Source of the DNA: Conexivisphaerales archaeon
GTDB lineage: Archaea; Thermoproteota; Nitrososphaeria; Conexivisphaerales; DTJL01
Assembly: GCA_049509455.1 (NCBI GenBank)
Contig: JBEKZX010000030.1
Span: forward strand, 1-18,473
Reading direction: 5' to 3'
Length of the DNA: 18,473 nucleotides
The number at the start of each line of letters is the position of its first letter. Positions within the stretch are counted from its first letter, which is position 1. Below are positions 16,333-18,473 of this stretch, piece by piece. The position numbers and the translations under genes were made by a program. The notes beneath the pieces were generated by a model, which was not told the DNA's origin, did no database searches, and saw nothing but the letters and a program-made list of their open reading frames with translations.

Positions 16333-16692
16333 TCAGTCGTACATGTCTTTCAATTTGATGTCTTCTCTCATCTTCGAGACCGTTTCCTGAGCTGCCTCTT
16401 CCTTCATGCTCTCGACTATGAAGTTGGCAACCTCCTCAGGGTACCTGTAGAAAAGCTTCTCCACGCCCGACCATAGGACGCCCGAAGATTCCGAGTCGAC
16501 CCCCCTCCCGCCGGTGAGCAGCGTCCTGAGCATGTCGCTCATCCCTTGGGCGATGAGGAGGCCGAAGTAGCCGTCGTCGTCCAGCTCCTCGCCCATGAGC
16601 TCGTCCGCGACGGCCCTAAACGCCTTCACGAGCTTCGCGTCCCTCTCCGGGAGCTTGAATTCGAACCGCGTTCCTTCCGATTCCTCGCCCAT
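16333..16692 (-). CDS. Hypothetical protein (119 aa); N-terminus loosely ribbon-helix-helix-like
   Basis: ATG with upstream GAGTGTGA and acidic helical composition. RFEFKLPERDAKLVKAFR resembles a strand-helix start; this is weak. Confidence 0.7.
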   Translation of the reverse strand: MGEESEGTRFEFKLPERDAKLVKAFRAVADELMGEELDDDGYFGLLIAQGMSDMLRTLLTGGRGVDSESSGVLWSGVEKLFYRYPEEVANFIVESMKEEAAQETVSKMREDIKLKDMYD

Positions 16693-16813
16693 ATCACACT
16701 CATAATCTAAGTGACCCTCCGTTCCATTTCTATGTTTCGGGAGGACCCATGTTTCAAGGGCACGATCTCAATCAGTGCCGCTCGTCATGGACCGTTCGGG
16801 GCCTGCCTGCTAG

Positions 16814-16827
16814 CTAGACTTCGACGG
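16814..16827 (+). repeat. att-like core copy 5 (CTAGACTTCGACGG, 14/14)
   Basis: Exact 14-mer that begins at the same base (the gene G stop codon) as the other copies, is intergenic and has the same orientation. Confidence 0.7.
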
Positions 16828-16980
16828 CTCGAACGTCCCTGGATTGCAAGCCGAGCTGATTGGAGCGGCTCGCGGGATCGGTGGTGGGTTACCATGGTCG
16901 CCATTCGTAGCTCACCATCGGCTACAACTTCCGACTTCGTACAACCTGTGAGTCGATAAAGAAACGACTACGAGAGACGC

Positions 16981-17745
16981 TTAGTAGATAGTCCATCCAC
17001 CATCGGCCACGACGCACGAACCATTCAGGTAACTCGAATCGTCAGAGGCAAGAAACAAAGCGAGTTTTGCTATCTCCTTCGGCTCGGCCATCCTAGGTAT
17101 CAATGCCGCGGTCTTGTTGAGGATGTCCATGCCGAGGGGGCTCGGCTCTTTGCTGCCCACCCCGATGGCCGTCTGAACGGCGCCCAGAACCATCGCATTG
17201 CACCTTATCCCCTTGGCTCCATAGGATGCCGCGATGCTCTTTGTGAGCCCGATGAGACCATGTTTTGAAACCGTGTAGGCGGCTCCAGCCTTGCCTCCGA
17301 AGACCCCAGCCACGGACGCTGTGTTTAGTATGATACCGTTCCCTTGCTTGAGCATGATTGGGATAACCCGCCTGCTTGCCCAGAACGGCGCATTCAGGTT
17401 GATGTTCAGCACGCCTTCCCAAAGCTCATCGGATGTCTCTGCGACGGGTTTCACGCCATCCATTATTCCGGCGTTGTTGCAGAGTATGTCGATTTTGCCA
17501 TAGGCGCTGAACGAATCTTCCACCATCCTTTCCACCTCAGACTCGAGGGAAAGGTCGAGTACCATTCCGGTGGCTTTCCCTCCGCTCGTGCCGATTTCCG
17601 ACACTACCTGGTTCACCCTCTCCGGGATGACATCGACGACGACGACCTTGCAACCACGTTCGGCAAACAACTTCGCCATCTCCCTTCCGACCCCCGATCC
17701 AGCACCGGTAATCAGCCCGACCCTGTCTTCTAGACCAGACCCCAT
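16981..17745 (-). CDS. SDR family NAD(P)-dependent oxidoreductase
   Basis: TGAGSGVG, NNAGI, TAS and YTVSK (YxxxK). Start moved to the ATG at 17745 (MGSGLEDRVGLITG) from the track's 17868. Confidence 0.95.
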   Translation of the reverse strand: MGSGLEDRVGLITGAGSGVGREMAKLFAERGCKVVVVDVIPERVNQVVSEIGTSGGKATGMVLDLSLESEVERMVEDSFSAYGKIDILCNNAGIMDGVKPVAETSDELWEGVLNINLNAPFWASRRVIPIMLKQGNGIILNTASVAGVFGGKAGAAYTVSKHGLIGLTKSIAASYGAKGIRCNAMVLGAVQTAIGVGSKEPSPLGMDILNKTAALIPRMAEPKEIAKLALFLASDDSSYLNGSCVVADGGWTIY

Positions 17746-18084
17746 TCCTGCTACAGAGTTCCAAATGCCCCTTTTCAGATAAAAGCTTTCTCGAAGCTGC
17801 AGCGGGGATAGTTCCCCGATGGTGGCGCTGACTCTCAGATGCCGAAAGTGCACCTTCCGCGATGTCAATCAGAGCCGACAGGCCGTCATTTATGAGAACG
17901 GGTTGACGGATGCCGTCCATGGCGACGCATATCAATCAAAGAGATAGACCCTACAGAAAGATGAATTATTCCCTTTCGCGCCCTCGAAGCAAGCGAAGTT
18001 GCCAAACCTTATGCACGTGAAAGGGGGCAGAGTAACTGTATGAGCGGAAACCTCCTTGCTGATGCTACTGTCTATACTCTTTAC

Positions 18085-18183
18085 TTGAAACCATGCAAGC
18101 GATGCAACCATGCGCGGAAGCAACACTCCGGCGACATGCGTTGCGAGGTCGAAGGATGCAAATGTCCGAAGTTCATGGGATAG
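18085..18183 (+). CDS. Cys/His-rich microprotein, 32 aa (MKPCKRCNHARKQHSGDMRCEVEGCKCPKFMG), putative zinc finger
   Basis: Pattern CxxCxHx4Hx5Cx4CxC in a TTG-started frame. It is below the ORF-track size cutoff. Confidence 0.6.
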   Translation: MKPCKRCNHARKQHSGDMRCEVEGCKCPKFMG

Positions 18184-18309
18184 GTAGCTATGTTGTCGTG
18201 AGTCTTCTCCCCGCCACCCCCCACGGGGGCGGCGCCGGTGGAGGAACTCGTCCGGCGCGTCTTGACGGCAAGGTGAGACCTTTCTCGACTGCGAGCCAGT
18301 GAGCTAGTA

Positions 18310-18316
18310 TTTATAA
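18310..18316 (+). promoter_or_regulatory. TATA box TTTATAA
   Basis: Consensus-like box 37-43 nt upstream of the ATG at 18353. Confidence 0.55.
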
Positions 18317-18352
18317 GATGGACCAGCAGAATCAAGAACGGTAGAGATATAG

Positions 18353-18473
18353 ATGAATCTAACTCTTCCTAGCCTTAGCAGCCTGACTTTGACGGGCCTG
18401 CTCCTGACCATCATCGGCCTGGTGATCCTGTGGATAGTCGTTTCAATACCGGCGTGGTTGGCGGGCAAGGCGA
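18353..18473 (+). CDS. Membrane protein, partial (runs off the right edge)
   Basis: MNLTLPSLSSLTLTGLLLTIIGLVILWIVVSIPAWLAGKA..., open to the window end, with a strong TATA box upstream. Confidence 0.7.
   Translation, partial: MNLTLPSLSSLTLTGLLLTIIGLVILWIVVSIPAWLAGKA

Noticed and set aside
279-16827. Repeats as a CRISPR array
   Set aside because: Spacing is kilobases, lengths are unequal, the repeat is protein-coding sequence and there are no cas genes.
17724-17735. TGTCTTCTAGAC identical to 345-356
   Set aside because: 12-bp match inside the intact SDR coding sequence with no extension into the core. Several 12-mer matches are expected by chance in 18 kb.
17746-17868. N-terminal extension of the SDR ORF
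   Set aside because: The Rossmann fold begins a few residues after the ATG at 17745, and the extension contains a likely TATA box (TTTTAT).
18093-18302. 69-aa plus-strand ORF from the track
   Set aside because: Wrong frame; the Cys/His-rich 32-aa frame at 18085-18183 is the more plausible coding sequence.

Overview
Archaeal-type accessory region, inferred from TATA boxes about 25-30 nt upstream of apparently leaderless genes, from gene families typical of soil/sediment archaea, and from GC-rich coding DNA. It holds about 17 full-length or near full-length genes: a CPBP/CAAX protease, a zinc-ribbon membrane protein, an ABC-2 ATPase/permease pair, a CDGSH Fe-S protein, a DUF5752-like protein, a PPOX-like oxidoreductase, an MBL hydrolase, an adenylate cyclase-TolB-TPR protein, a papain-like C1 peptidase, an APC amino-acid permease, an SDR and several small hypotheticals. 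A 1.2-kb TnpB-only IS200/IS605-family element has both ends locatable, gives a predicted TAM of TCAC, and appears to have inserted into a GNAT gene. The most striking structure not explained by these genes is a set of five co-oriented copies of the 3' end of one small 69-aa gene (351-560). All copies start at its stop codon (CTAGACTTCGACGG...) and lie at 351, 2625, 5213, 14614 and 16814. They divide the window into modules of 2274, 2588, 9401 and 2200 bp, and an 86-bp direct repeat bounds 279-5226. Short relics of other genes (ABC permease tail, HNH-like N-terminus, zinc ribbon, GNAT N-terminus) are scattered near these copies. Together this suggests a cassette array or integration hotspot built on a protein-gene-derived att site. 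No recombinase is present in the window, so the mechanism is inference. No CRISPR array, tRNA or rRNA was seen.
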